Position numbers and translations under genes: made by a program. 37,053 nt of DNA from an uncultured Acidobacteriaceae bacterium (GTDB taxonomy: Bacteria > Acidobacteriota > Terriglobia > Acidiferrales > UBA7541): positions 1-37,053 of the forward strand of contig CAYOOS010000003.1 of the NCBI GenBank assembly GCA_964405585.1. Reading direction: 5' to 3'. Positions 27,487 to 37,053 of this stretch are shown here, one piece after another (within the stretch, counting starts at the first letter, position 1; each line of letters opens with the position of its first letter). A model generated the notes under the pieces. That model had not been told where the DNA came from. It saw only the letters and a program-made list of their open reading frames with translations, and made no database searches.

Positions 27487-27868
27487 GGTTCAACGCCATG
27501 GCTGTGGGCAGATCCCAGGGGGCGGTATTTGGTGCCTGATTTGCTCCTAGAAGACCCAAAGTTCGATGGATATGGGATACGAAATTGGAGAGTCGTACGC
27601 TGGCTCTCACGACTACCGCTAAAGGATTGACATTCAATCGTTTAGCGGCGCACCAAAATAGGAGAATGAACCTCCCAAAAAGTTTGGGTAAGGGAGGGAA
27701 GAAAATGGGAAATGCAGTGGGTTTGCCAACCCCGCAAAGTGCCTTTTGCCCCAGGCGCTTCGCCTTGCTTCTCGGTGCGGCATCCAATTAGTAGAGTAAC
27801 TAATATGTTGGGCGAACACGACTAGATGCACGGGTAACGCGGCTCCGAGGAGACGGAAAACGACAGGG

Positions 27869-28627
27869 ATGGATTCCGAACACATCACCGATAGGATGGC
27901 AATCGCGCCTTGCGTGCTGGAAGCGCGCGGTCTGCGGAAAACCTACGGCACGCGTGCAAAAAATCTCGAGGTTTTGGTGGACGCCAGCCTGGAGTTGCAT
28001 GAAGGGGAGATGGTGGCCGTGGTTGCGCCATCCGGCGCCGGCAAAAGCACTCTCTTGCACTTGCTGGCCGCGCTAGACACTCCAACAAGCGGTACAGTAT
28101 ACTTTGAAAATAAAGCGATTGAAACACAGGAAGACGCGGCGCTTGCGCTTTACCGCAATCGCGCCGTGGGGTTTCTCTGGCAGAGGCATCAATTGTTGCC
28201 TGATTTTTCGGCAACCGAGAATGTCGCGATGCCGCTGCTGGTGCGAGGAGAGCCACAGGAATTCGCGCTGACGGAAGCGCGCAAGTGGCTGGCGGAAGTC
28301 GGTCTGCAGGAGCGGGCCGCGCACCTCGCGGGAGAACTTTCGGGCGGGGAACAGCAGCGTGTTGCGATTGCCCGGGCGCTCGTCACCGGGCCCAAAGTGC
28401 TGCTGGCGGATGAACCGACCGGAGATCTGGACGAGCAGAATGCTTGGGCCGTGTTTGGGCTGTTGGAGCGGCTGCATCGTACGCATCGCCTGACGTCGCT
28501 GATTGCGACGCACAACCTGGCGCTTGCGGCGCGCTGCGACCGCATCGTGGGGCTGGAACACGGCATTCTGCGGACTCGCTCGGTGAAAACCGCGGCGAGA
28601 GAAACCCCCGGGGGAGAAGCGAGCTAA
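27869..28627 (+). CDS. lolD: Lipoprotein-releasing ABC transporter ATP-binding protein
   Basis: PSGAGKSTLLH, HQLLPDFSATENV, LSGGEQQRVAIARAL, LADEPTGDLD and ATHN. Confidence 0.93.
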   Translation: MDSEHITDRMAIAPCVLEARGLRKTYGTRAKNLEVLVDASLELHEGEMVAVVAPSGAGKSTLLHLLAALDTPTSGTVYFENKAIETQEDAALALYRNRAVGFLWQRHQLLPDFSATENVAMPLLVRGEPQEFALTEARKWLAEVGLQERAAHLAGELSGGEQQRVAIARALVTGPKVLLADEPTGDLDEQNAWAVFGLLERLHRTHRLTSLIATHNLALAARCDRIVGLEHGILRTRSVKTAARETPGGEAS

Positions 28628-28629
28628 TC

Positions 28630-31056
28630 GTGTTCGAACGATACACAGAGAAAGCGCGGCGCGTCATATTTTTCGCCAGGTATGAGGCCAGCCAGTACGG
28701 TAGCCCCTACATCGAGACCGAGCACCTCTTGCTGGGTCTCATGCGCGAAGACAAGGCGCTCGCCAACCGGTTTTTGCGCCAGCAGGGCTCCATCGAATCC
28801 ATTCGCAAAGAGATCGAAGCGCGCATCACCATTCGCGAGCGCATTTCCACATCGGTGGAAGTCCCGCTCAGCGCGGAATGCAAGCGCATCTTGAACATGG
28901 CTGCGGAAGAAGCGGAGCGCCTGGGCCACAAGCATGTCGGCACAGAGCATCTGCTGCTGGGTATCCTGCGCGAAGAAAAGTGTTTTGGCGCGGAAATTCT
29001 GATGGAACGCGGCTTGCGCCTTTCCGCATTGCGCGAGGAACTTGCGCGCACAACGGGAGAGAAAACAGCGGCGGCTCGGCCAAAAGAGACTTCGCTGCTG
29101 GCAGAATTCAGCCGCGACCTGACGCAATCGGCCTCCGAAGGCGCACTCGATCCACTCGTCGGCCGCGAAAACGAAGTCGAGCGCGTCATCCAGATTCTTT
29201 GCCGCCGTACAAAGAATAATCCCGTATTGATCGGCGAACCCGGCGTTGGCAAAACGGCCATCGTGGAAGGACTCGCACAACGGATCTCCGATGGTGATGT
29301 GCCGCCATTCCTCTCGGACAAGCGCATCCTTTCCCTAGATCTCTCCCTGATCGTCGCCGGCACCAAATATCGCGGGCAATTTGAAGAACGCCTGAAGACC
29401 ATCATGAAAGAACTGATGGAGAGCCAGAACGCCATCGTCTTCATTGATGAACTGCACACCCTCGTGGGAGCGGGTTCCGCCGAAGGCTCACTGGACGCCG
29501 CCAATATTCTGAAGCCCGCGCTCTCTCGCGGAGAGATTCAGTGCATCGGCGCCACCACCCCCGGCGAATACCGCAAGTCCGTTGAAAAAGACCGTTCTCT
29601 CGAACGCCGTTTCCAGGCCGTCAAAGTCCCGGCGCCCAGCGAGGATGAGGCTATCCAGGTCATCAGCGGCGTTCGTGAGCGCTACGAAAAATTCCATGCT
29701 GTCAGTTATACTGATGAAGCGCTGCGCTACGCCGTGTACCTTTCCAACCGCTATATCCCCGACCGCTTTCTTCCGGACAAGGCCATCGACCTGATCGACG
29801 AAGCGGGCGCCCGCGTGAAACTCCGCCAGGCCTCCGTTCCCGACGAAGTCGGTGAAGTCCAGAAGCGCGTCAAATTCATTACCCACCGCATGGAATCGGC
29901 GATTGCCGCTCATGAATTTGAAAAGGCGCGTTTCTATTCCGAGGAAGAGCGCAAGGAGAAGGAAAACCTGCGCGGCTTGCGAGAGCGTTACAAGCTCGAT
30001 GACGCGTCCACGGGGATCGTCACCCGCGAAGATATCGAAGAGGTCGTCTCGCGCTGGACCGGCGTGGCGGTTACCTCCATCAAGGAAGACGAACAACAAA
30101 AGCTCTTGCGCATCGAACCCGAACTCCACAAACGCGTAATCAGCCAGGACAAGGCCATCACCGCCCTCGCGCGTGCCATCCGCCGCAGCCGCGCTGGCTT
30201 GAAGTCCCCATCACGCCCCGTGGGTTGCTTCTTCTTCCTCGGGCCGACCGGCGTTGGAAAGACGGAAGTGGCGCGGCGCTTGGCGGAGTTCCTCTTCGGT
30301 TCGGAAAAATCGCTCATTCGCTTTGACATGTCCGAATTCATGGAGAAGCATTCTGTCTCGAAACTCATAGGTGCACCTCCAGGGTACGTGGGCTACGAAG
30401 AAGGTGGCCAGATGACGGAACGCGTGCGTCGCACGCCATATTCGGTTATCCTATTGGACGAGATTGAAAAGGCGCATCCCGACCTCTTTAATATCCTGCT
30501 GCAGGTGTTTGAAGACGGACAGTTGACGGATGGTCTCGGCAATACGGTAGATTTCCGAAACACCATTATCATCATGACTTCGAATCTGGGCGCGCGGCAT
30601 TTGCAGAAGCGCACCTCGATCGGTTTTCAGACCGGCATCGATGAAGCCAGTCTGAAGAGCATGGAAGATCTGGTGCTGGGAGAAGTAAAGCGTGCGTTCA
30701 ACCCGGAGTTCTTGAACCGGCTGGACGAGGTTATCCTTTTCAATCCTCTGGGCGATGAGGACCTGCTCCGGATCATCGATCTACTTGTCGGTCAGCTGAA
30801 CGATACGCTGATTCACCGCCAGGTGCAGGTTGTCTTGTCCCCGGAAGCACGCCAGTGGATCCTCGAGAAAACGTGTGCGGACCGCAACTATGGTGCGCGG
30901 CCGCTGCGGCGGGCTCTCCAGAAATATGTGGAAGATCCGCTCTCCGAGGCGTTGATCCAGGGGGGAATTCAGAGGCCTGCGACGTTGCAGATCTATGTTG
31001 CGGGGGAAGGCCTCGCATTCCGGCCTGTTGTCGAGGCAACCCCGGTCGTCCACTAG
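28630..31056 (+). CDS. clpC: ATP-dependent Clp protease ATP-binding subunit ClpC
   Basis: GTG start [11 protein letters not shown]; two Clp-N repeats; GEPGVGKT and GPTGVGKT Walker A motifs; UVR-like M domain ([10 protein letters not shown]); [13 protein letters not shown]; IGF loop; GARPLRR. Confidence 0.96.
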   Translation: MFERYTEKARRVIFFARYEASQYGSPYIETEHLLLGLMREDKALANRFLRQQGSIESIRKEIEARITIRERISTSVEVPLSAECKRILNMAAEEAERLGHKHVGTEHLLLGILREEKCFGAEILMERGLRLSALREELARTTGEKTAAARPKETSLLAEFSRDLTQSASEGALDPLVGRENEVERVIQILCRRTKNNPVLIGEPGVGKTAIVEGLAQRISDGDVPPFLSDKRILSLDLSLIVAGTKYRGQFEERLKTIMKELMESQNAIVFIDELHTLVGAGSAEGSLDAANILKPALSRGEIQCIGATTPGEYRKSVEKDRSLERRFQAVKVPAPSEDEAIQVISGVRERYEKFHAVSYTDEALRYAVYLSNRYIPDRFLPDKAIDLIDEAGARVKLRQASVPDEVGEVQKRVKFITHRMESAIAAHEFEKARFYSEEERKEKENLRGLRERYKLDDASTGIVTREDIEEVVSRWTGVAVTSIKEDEQQKLLRIEPELHKRVISQDKAITALARAIRRSRAGLKSPSRPVGCFFFLGPTGVGKTEVARRLAEFLFGSEKSLIRFDMSEFMEKHSVSKLIGAPPGYVGYEEGGQMTERVRRTPYSVILLDEIEKAHPDLFNILLQVFEDGQLTDGLGNTVDFRNTIIIMTSNLGARHLQKRTSIGFQTGIDEASLKSMEDLVLGEVKRAFNPEFLNRLDEVILFNPLGDEDLLRIIDLLVGQLNDTLIHRQVQVVLSPEARQWILEKTCADRNYGARPLRRALQKYVEDPLSEALIQGGIQRPATLQIYVAGEGLAFRPVVEATPVVH

Positions 31057-31184
31057 CGAATCTGACGCAGCAACGTGTGATCACGACCCGGTTTGCCCTT
31101 TTGGAAATCGCTACGTGATCCATGTGCGGCCAGCCCATGCCGGGTTTGGCGGGAGAATAACATCTTGGATTTGGGGGCGCGGCC

Positions 31185-34100
31185 TTGAGCCGATCAATGG
31201 CCGCTCGAAGGATAGTCTGTTTTATCTCCGGAATGGACGCCCAGCGTGCATTCCGCCGCCGTGTCGCCGTATTGGCGGCCGCTCTTTTCATACTTGGCGG
31301 GTCCGGTTTCTCCGCTTGCCTCACTCTTGCACGCACCTCCGATCTCACTCCCTCCGGCAAAAAGGCCTTTTACCTCCTGCATGCCTCCCTGAACGAAAAC
31401 ACTCTGGAAGAAAAAATCGAAGCCTTCCCTGGCGCCGAGCAGCAAGCGAAGAACGATCAAGGGCAGCCGCAAGAGTTTGTTGAGCGCATCGATTGGGAAG
31501 GCAACCGCCGCATTCGCCGCGACACGTTGCAGGCACGCATCTTCACCCGTAAGGATGATCCCTATAACGAAGACACGCTACGCCGCGATTTTCAGGCGCT
31601 ATGGAATACGCAGTTTTTTGAAGACGTCAAACTCCGCGTGGAGGATTCTCCGGACAAGCCGGGCGGCAAGATCATTACCTTCATCGTCGTCGAGCGGCCC
31701 GTCATTCGCCGCATCCGCTATGAAGGCAACAAGTCCGTTTCGGAATCCGACATCCTGGACCGCTTCAAGGACAAAAAAGTCGGCTTGACCGTGGAGAGCC
31801 AGTTTGATCCCACGCGCATCAAAAAAGCTGAAGTCGTCCTGAAGGATCTCCTTGCCGAGCACGGCAGGCAGTTTGCCACCGTCACCCCGCAGTACGAACG
31901 CATCGCTTCCAGCAACGCCGTCATTCTCGTTTTCAAAATCAATGAGGGGCCGAAGGTCAAAGTCGGCAAGATTCAGTTTACCGGCAATAAAACCTTCAGC
32001 CGCAGGAAATTGATCCGGGCGATGCACAACGACCGGCCCTATTCCATTCCTCTCTACATTACCGAAATCAACGTCCTCACCAAGACTTACGACCACGACA
32101 AGCTCATTGAGGACATCCAGGTCGGCATCCAGGGTTTGTACCAGGACAACGGCTATTTCAAGGTGCTGGTCAAGGATCCCATCCTCGAAAATGTGGATAC
32201 CGAAGGCTGGAAACTTGGGATTCCTCTTACGGGCAGGACGCAAGGCAAGGCTGTCAACATCACCATCCCCATCGACGAGGGCGATCGTTATCGCATGGGC
32301 ACCATCAAAATCGCCAGTTCCGATCCGGACAAAGCCCTTTCCCTCAAGGTCGATGCGCTTAAAAATGCATTCCCTATGAAACCGGGAGACATTTTCTCCG
32401 CCGCTAAAGTCCGCAAAGCGCTGAAAGATTACACCTCGATCTATGGAACGTACGGTTTTATCGACTTTGTGCCTCAGCCGGACACCATCATTGACGAAGA
32501 AGCCAAACGCATTGACGTCACCATGAAATTCGAGGAAGGCAAGCAGTACTACGTGCGCCGCATTGACTTCACTGGTAACACCACCACCCGCGACAAAGTC
32601 ATCCGTCGCGAATTGCTCATTGATGAAGGCCAGCTCTTCAACCAGCACGCTTGGGAAATCAGCATTTTGCGCCTCAATCAGCTCAACTACTTCGACAAGC
32701 TTGAGGCCGACAAGGCTGCGGAGATCAAACGCAACCAAAAAGACGGCACCGTCGATCTGCTCCTGAAGTTGAGGGAAAAGGGCAAGCAATCGATTGGCTT
32801 GAACGGCGGTGTTAGCGGGCTTTCGGGCGGATTCATCGGCCTTACGTATCAGACCAACAACTTCCTCGGCTTGGGCGAAACCCTGACACTCTCCGCTCAG
32901 GTCGGCCAATATCAGCGCAACTTGATGTTTGGGTTTTCCGAGCCCTATTTGTTTGACCGCCCCATTGCCAGCGGCTTCACCGTCTTCTCCTCGCTCTACA
33001 AATATGACTACGCGCACCAGGTGGCCTTGTTGACCGGAGAAGCCGTCAGCGTCAATCCGCAGTACATTCAAAACTACAACCAGAACAGCACCGGTTTCAC
33101 CGTCTACGCCAGTTACCCTCTGCGCAAGCACGCGTTTACCCGCGTCGGTTTGACCTACGGCCTCACTCGAACCAACATCACATCTTACAACCAGGCCTCC
33201 ACGCTCCTCTTTACCCAATTAAAGTATCAAAGCATCTCCGGGCCTAGCGCCTTGGACGGTATTCTCGCAAGTACCATCACAGGAACCATCACCCACAACA
33301 CCATCAATAACCCCATCAACGCTACCAACGGAAAGAGCTACTTCTATTCCTTCGCTTTCACCGGCGGTCCCCTCGGCGGCAACGTCAACACCATCACGAA
33401 TACCGGCGAATATAAATATTTCCATCCCATCAACAAGCGCCGCAACGCCATCGGTATCAGGTTCCTTGGTGCCTACACCACTGGATATGCCGGCAAGGAA
33501 GTTCCGCCCTACAGCCGCTTCTACATGGGTGGCGAAAACGATATCCGCGGCTTCGATATTCGCGGCATTTCCCCCGTGGCGTATATCCCCAGCGTGGTGA
33601 ACACCTCCATTACTTTCCCCTATCACGGCGGAACCGGTAGCCTCGTTGTACCACTGGTGGTGAACACCATCACCTTCCCCGGCGGAGATGTGCAAGGCGT
33701 CGGAAATCTTGAGTACCGCATCCCGCTTGTCGGGCCGGTGGGTATGACTCTCTTCGTCGATGCCGGCACCACCGGCATTTTGAATAAGGGCGCGCTGAAA
33801 CTCGACCCCACGGGAATCTCGAACATCAACTCGCAGTTTCCCTTGGCGAACCAGCAGTCGCAATTGCAACTCGCGCCCAACACGAACTTCTTCCCGCGGG
33901 TCTCGACGGGCATCGAATTCAACGTCAACATCCCCATTGTGCAAGCGCCATTCCGCATCTATTGGGCCTATAACCCCATGCGCATGCACCAGACCATCGT
34001 CGCTCCTTTTGACCTGATCAACATGGACAACCTGTACTTGCAATGCCGTGCGCTCGGCTTGCTGGATCCGCTGCACCCCCATAGTTGCGATCCTATTGTC

Positions 34101-34196
34101 CTGACCTCGGTTTCGCCGTACATCGTGAATCAGGGACGCTTGAACTACTTTGAAGCCAACAATACTTTCCGATTCACGGTTAGTCGCACGTTCTGA
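31185..34196 (+). CDS. bamA: Outer membrane protein assembly factor BamA
   Basis: Five POTRA domains, NFLGLGE barrel start, IRGFD lid motif and C-terminal Phe. Start uncertain (31185, 31197 or 31233). Confidence 0.95.
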   Translation: MSRSMAARRIVCFISGMDAQRAFRRRVAVLAAALFILGGSGFSACLTLARTSDLTPSGKKAFYLLHASLNENTLEEKIEAFPGAEQQAKNDQGQPQEFVERIDWEGNRRIRRDTLQARIFTRKDDPYNEDTLRRDFQALWNTQFFEDVKLRVEDSPDKPGGKIITFIVVERPVIRRIRYEGNKSVSESDILDRFKDKKVGLTVESQFDPTRIKKAEVVLKDLLAEHGRQFATVTPQYERIASSNAVILVFKINEGPKVKVGKIQFTGNKTFSRRKLIRAMHNDRPYSIPLYITEINVLTKTYDHDKLIEDIQVGIQGLYQDNGYFKVLVKDPILENVDTEGWKLGIPLTGRTQGKAVNITIPIDEGDRYRMGTIKIASSDPDKALSLKVDALKNAFPMKPGDIFSAAKVRKALKDYTSIYGTYGFIDFVPQPDTIIDEEAKRIDVTMKFEEGKQYYVRRIDFTGNTTTRDKVIRRELLIDEGQLFNQHAWEISILRLNQLNYFDKLEADKAAEIKRNQKDGTVDLLLKLREKGKQSIGLNGGVSGLSGGFIGLTYQTNNFLGLGETLTLSAQVGQYQRNLMFGFSEPYLFDRPIASGFTVFSSLYKYDYAHQVALLTGEAVSVNPQYIQNYNQNSTGFTVYASYPLRKHAFTRVGLTYGLTRTNITSYNQASTLLFTQLKYQSISGPSALDGILASTITGTITHNTINNPINATNGKSYFYSFAFTGGPLGGNVNTITNTGEYKYFHPINKRRNAIGIRFLGAYTTGYAGKEVPPYSRFYMGGENDIRGFDIRGISPVAYIPSVVNTSITFPYHGGTGSLVVPLVVNTITFPGGDVQGVGNLEYRIPLVGPVGMTLFVDAGTTGILNKGALKLDPTGISNINSQFPLANQQSQLQLAPNTNFFPRVSTGIEFNVNIPIVQAPFRIYWAYNPMRMHQTIVAPFDLINMDNLYLQCRALGLLDPLHPHSCDPIVLTSVSPYIVNQGRLNYFEANNTFRFTVSRTF

Positions 34197-34409
34197 CGGG
34201 ATGCGGGTGAGGGGTGTTGCCGTGGGGTGGACGCAAGTCATCAGGGATTAGGGAACCGGACCGGCAGTGGGCCACTTGGCGCAGAGCCTTCGGAGAAAGT
34301 TACGCAGTACGATAGAGACGAAAACACAATGACGAGATTGAGTAATTTATTTTCGGTAACACCGTGCGCGGGGGATTCCCGCGACACCTTTATGGGGGAG
34401 AAGTGCGTT

Positions 34410-37053
34410 ATGGAGTGGCGTAAGTTCGGAAATTGCGCAGTGATGATACTGATATTTACGTTGGCCGCCTGGCTGGTCGTCGGCTGCAGCAGCGGTGTCT
34501 CGAACGTGATCACGGTAACGGTCAGTCCTTCCTCGGACACCGTGATTGCCGGTCAGGTGGAATCGTTCACGGCTACCGTCTCCGGCAGCACCACCACCAC
34601 GGTATCCAAATGGCCGTGCACTTATTCCTATACCCCTTTGCCGACGGCCTCTACCCCGAACCCCAAGGCGGTGACGGGTGATTGCTCGAGCGGGCAGAAG
34701 TTGAATGGCGGCAGTATTGGTACTTGGGTGATTACCACCACCAATGGATCAAACGTCCTCACCTATACCGCTCCTTCGCTGGCTAACTTCCCCAGTCCTC
34801 CACCCACGCTCACCTTTACAGCGGAGGCGGACGCAAACATCAAGAAGACCGCCACCGCTACGGTCGCGCTGGATTCGGGCATTCGCCTTTCGATCACTCC
34901 CACTACGGTAACGGTTCCTGTCGGGATTACCCCGGCAGCGGCAGTGGCTTTCCAGCCTGCATCGCAGAATTCAGGACTCGTAAATTTGGTGTGGTTGGTT
35001 ACCCAACCCAACGCGGGTTCCTCGACCGTTACCAACCAGACGGCCAATCCGGCGGCGGCTACGTGTAGTCCCACGTGCGGTTCAATCGACTCCAATGGCA
35101 TTTTTACCGCGCCCGCAACACTTCCCACGGCTACCACCCCATCGGGAAGTACCTCCACAAGCCCCACGACCGTCTACGTGGTTGTCTGGTCTGCCTCGGA
35201 TTCCACGCACGACACGCTAGCCACCATCACCCTCGTCAGCGCAACGAATAATTCCATCAACTTCACTGGGCTTTTCCCTCCCACCGTTGCCGCGGGCAGC
35301 GCCTTGGCCAATGTCTACCTGAACGCGGAGAACCTGCTCAACACCACGAACGTCTACTTCATTCCGCCCGGTGCAACCGCCGGCTCCCCAATCGCCCTGG
35401 CTAACATCTACACGATTCCCATTTCCGGCGAGTATTGCACCGCCAGCGCCAGCGGCGTGACGCCGGTGGTGACCTGCAATGCCTCCCTCATATCGCGTAT
35501 TGAGTTGACCCAGGACCAACTGGCGATTGCGGGAACCGCCCACATCGAAATCGATGGACTGCCGGGAAACCAAACCGCCAGCGCGCCGTGCACAAACATC
35601 CCTAATTCGGATGGTTCAACAGCAACCAGCAACATCTCCTGCCCGCTGAATATCGCCTACACTAGCCCTGCTGTGGTTACCGCCACGCCTGACAGCTTTC
35701 CTCAGGGCTCCAATTCCAGCATTTCCGTGGACGGAGGATATTTCGGGGGCACCAATACCCCCATCGTGAAGTTGCTGGTGGATGGGTCATTAAACACCGT
35801 TTCCTCTTCCGGACCACGCCAATTCGTCGGCACGCAGCAGGGAAGCAGTTTGCAGAATCCCGGCTTGTACGAGGTAGCCATCCAAAGCAACGCCCCGCAG
35901 GGCTCGCAACCTCTCTTCCCCACGGCGACCACCAATGTGGCCGTGCAACCTGTCTTCGCTAATTTCACCACCGTTCCCTCAGCCATTTCTCTGGGAGCAG
36001 GCAATCCCGCACCCAGCAGCTTTGCCTTGGATTCGGCGAACGGTTTCGCGGTCCTGACAGAGCAAGGAACAAACACGTTGCAGGTCATTGACCTGACCGG
36101 ATCCGTGCCGATCCTGGGCCCAAGCCTCGTCATGATGACTGGTGGTGCACCAACGAGCGTGGCTCTGGATAACCAACTCAGTATTCCCGGTTACAGCGGC
36201 CAGGACTTGGGCGTAGTAGTCAGCAGTGCCGACAGCAAGCTCTATCTCTATGCCATCTCCCGCACCTCGATCACCCTGATCGGATCTGTTCCGGTGGACT
36301 TGCAATCCCTGATCCTGGCTAGTGGTTCGGGTGTGCCAACGCCTTATGCCGTCGGAGTCGATCCCGAGACGCACTTGGCTGCATTGGCCTATTCGAGCAC
36401 CAACCAGTATGCCAATGTCGGATTCATTGTGGATGTAAATCCCAATCTGGACGGCAGTGATACCCGCGCCTGTTTTGCCAACTCCACTGCCCAGAAACCT
36501 CCCTGTGTGACCGCACTGGTCTCCATGGTTACCGGGGCCACTCCTCAAGTGGTGATGCAACCCGGCGCGCCCTTGGCCTATGTCACGCCCGGCGGCCAGG
36601 GGACGACTTCGGTCGTAAACCTGTTGCAGCAAGGCACGTCCTCTCAGATCGCCCCAGCGGGAACCTCGACCACCACCAGCGGGGCATACCGTGTGAACGG
36701 CATCGTGACGATCATTACTCAAACGCCCCACGGGATTAATCCCGCTTCCGGCGGTACGGTCATCATCTCTGGCTTACTGCCTGCGGATTTGAATGGAACT
36801 TACCAGGTCCTCGCGGGTAGCGTTACAAGCCCATACACTTTCCAATACGCGCAACCAGGAACCCCAACGGGTACCGAATTGGAAACCAACACAGGCGCTT
36901 CTGGAAGCGCACTGGGAACAGTTCAGTACGGAACCTCCTACTATTCCTTTAATACCACCAGCACAGCCACTGGCGCGGCCATCAACCCCATCACTCGTAT
37001 GTTTGCCTTTGCCGATCCCAACGCCAGTGTCGGGCAGATTGGCTTCATCAGCA
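34410..37053 (+). CDS. Large Ser/Thr-rich surface lipoprotein with Ig-like and beta-propeller-like regions (3' truncated)
   Basis: Absent from the ORF track, consistent with no stop inside the window; the 5' portion, a segment near 36.7 kb and the final codons were translated in frame. GGGGGAG RBS; MEWRKFGNCAVMILIFTLAAWLVVG-C lipobox; Ig-like VTVSPSS...FTATVSG and GSIDSNGIFTAP. Confidence 0.88.
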   Translation, partial: MEWRKFGNCAVMILIFTLAAWLVVGCSSGVSNVITVTVSPSSDTVIAGQVESFTATVSGSTTTTVSKWPCTYSYTPLPTASTPNPKAVTGDCSSGQKLNGGSIGTWVITTTNGSNVLTYTAPSLANFPSPPPTLTFTAEADANIKKTATATVALDSGIRLSITPTTVTVPVGITPAAAVAFQPASQNSGLVNLVWLVTQPNAGSSTVTNQTANPAAATCSPTCGSIDSNGIFTAPATLPTATTPSGSTSTSPTTVYVVVWSASDSTHDTLATITLVSATNNSINFTGLFPPTVAAGSALANVYLNAENLLNTTNVYFIPPGATAGSPIALANIYTIPISGEYCTASASGVTPVVTCNASLISRIELTQDQLAIAGTAHIEIDGLPGNQTASAPCTNIPNSDGSTATSNISCPLNIAYTSPAVVTATPDSFPQGSNSSISVDGGYFGGTNTPIVKLLVDGSLNTVSSSGPRQFVGTQQGSSLQNPGLYEVAIQSNAPQGSQPLFPTATTNVAVQPVFANFTTVPSAISLGAGNPAPSSFALDSANGFAVLTEQGTNTLQVIDLTGSVPILGPSLVMMTGGAPTSVALDNQLSIPGYSGQDLGVVVSSADSKLYLYAISRTSITLIGSVPVDLQSLILASGSGVPTPYAVGVDPETHLAALAYSSTNQYANVGFIVDVNPNLDGSDTRACFANSTAQKPPCVTALVSMVTGATPQVVMQPGAPLAYVTPGGQGTTSVVNLLQQGTSSQIAPAGTSTTTSGAYRVNGIVTIITQTPHGINPASGGTVIISGLLPADLNGTYQVLAGSVTSPYTFQYAQPGTPTGTELETNTGASGSALGTVQYGTSYYSFNTTSTATGAAINPITRMFAFADPNASVGQIGFIS

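Noticed and set aside
27473-27888. Small ORFs (68-104 aa) in the lolC/E-lolD spacer
   Set aside because: No convincing RBS/start combination or protein motif; two of them overlap flanking genes on the opposite strand.
34433-36731. Several short track ORFs in the last 2.6 kb
   Set aside because: Explained as shadows of the single open plus-strand frame starting at 34410.

Overview
37 kb of a GC-rich bacterial chromosome. Gene order and protein style (lysS-lolC/E-lolD-clpC-bamA, gatCA without gatB, ECF sigma/anti-sigma/DUF4097, wHTH-TolB-TPR regulator) suggest Acidobacteriota; this is inference. Housekeeping genes: 3' end of rpoC, gatA, gatC, ispG, aroK, lysS, lolC/E, lolD, clpC and bamA. Regulatory and accessory genes: a PAS hybrid histidine kinase, pirin, DinB, a glycyl-radical enzyme (GRE) with its activase, an ACT protein, a TlpA thioredoxin, a wHTH-TPR regulator facing a secreted protein, an HD hydrolase, a Zn-ribbon XRE regulator and an ECF sigma operon. 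A large lipoprotein ORF (from 34410, open at the window end) is missing from the supplied ORF track. I saw no rRNA, tRNA, CRISPR array, transposase or integrase. The best leads are the orphan GRE with a non-canonical PFGCGEY thiyl loop, the 10-bp-phased TTCAG repeats between the wHTH-TPR gene and its divergent secreted partner, a hairpin-rich 382-bp spacer splitting lolC/E from lolD, and several apparently leaderless genes. Family assignments come from motif recognition only; no database search was run.
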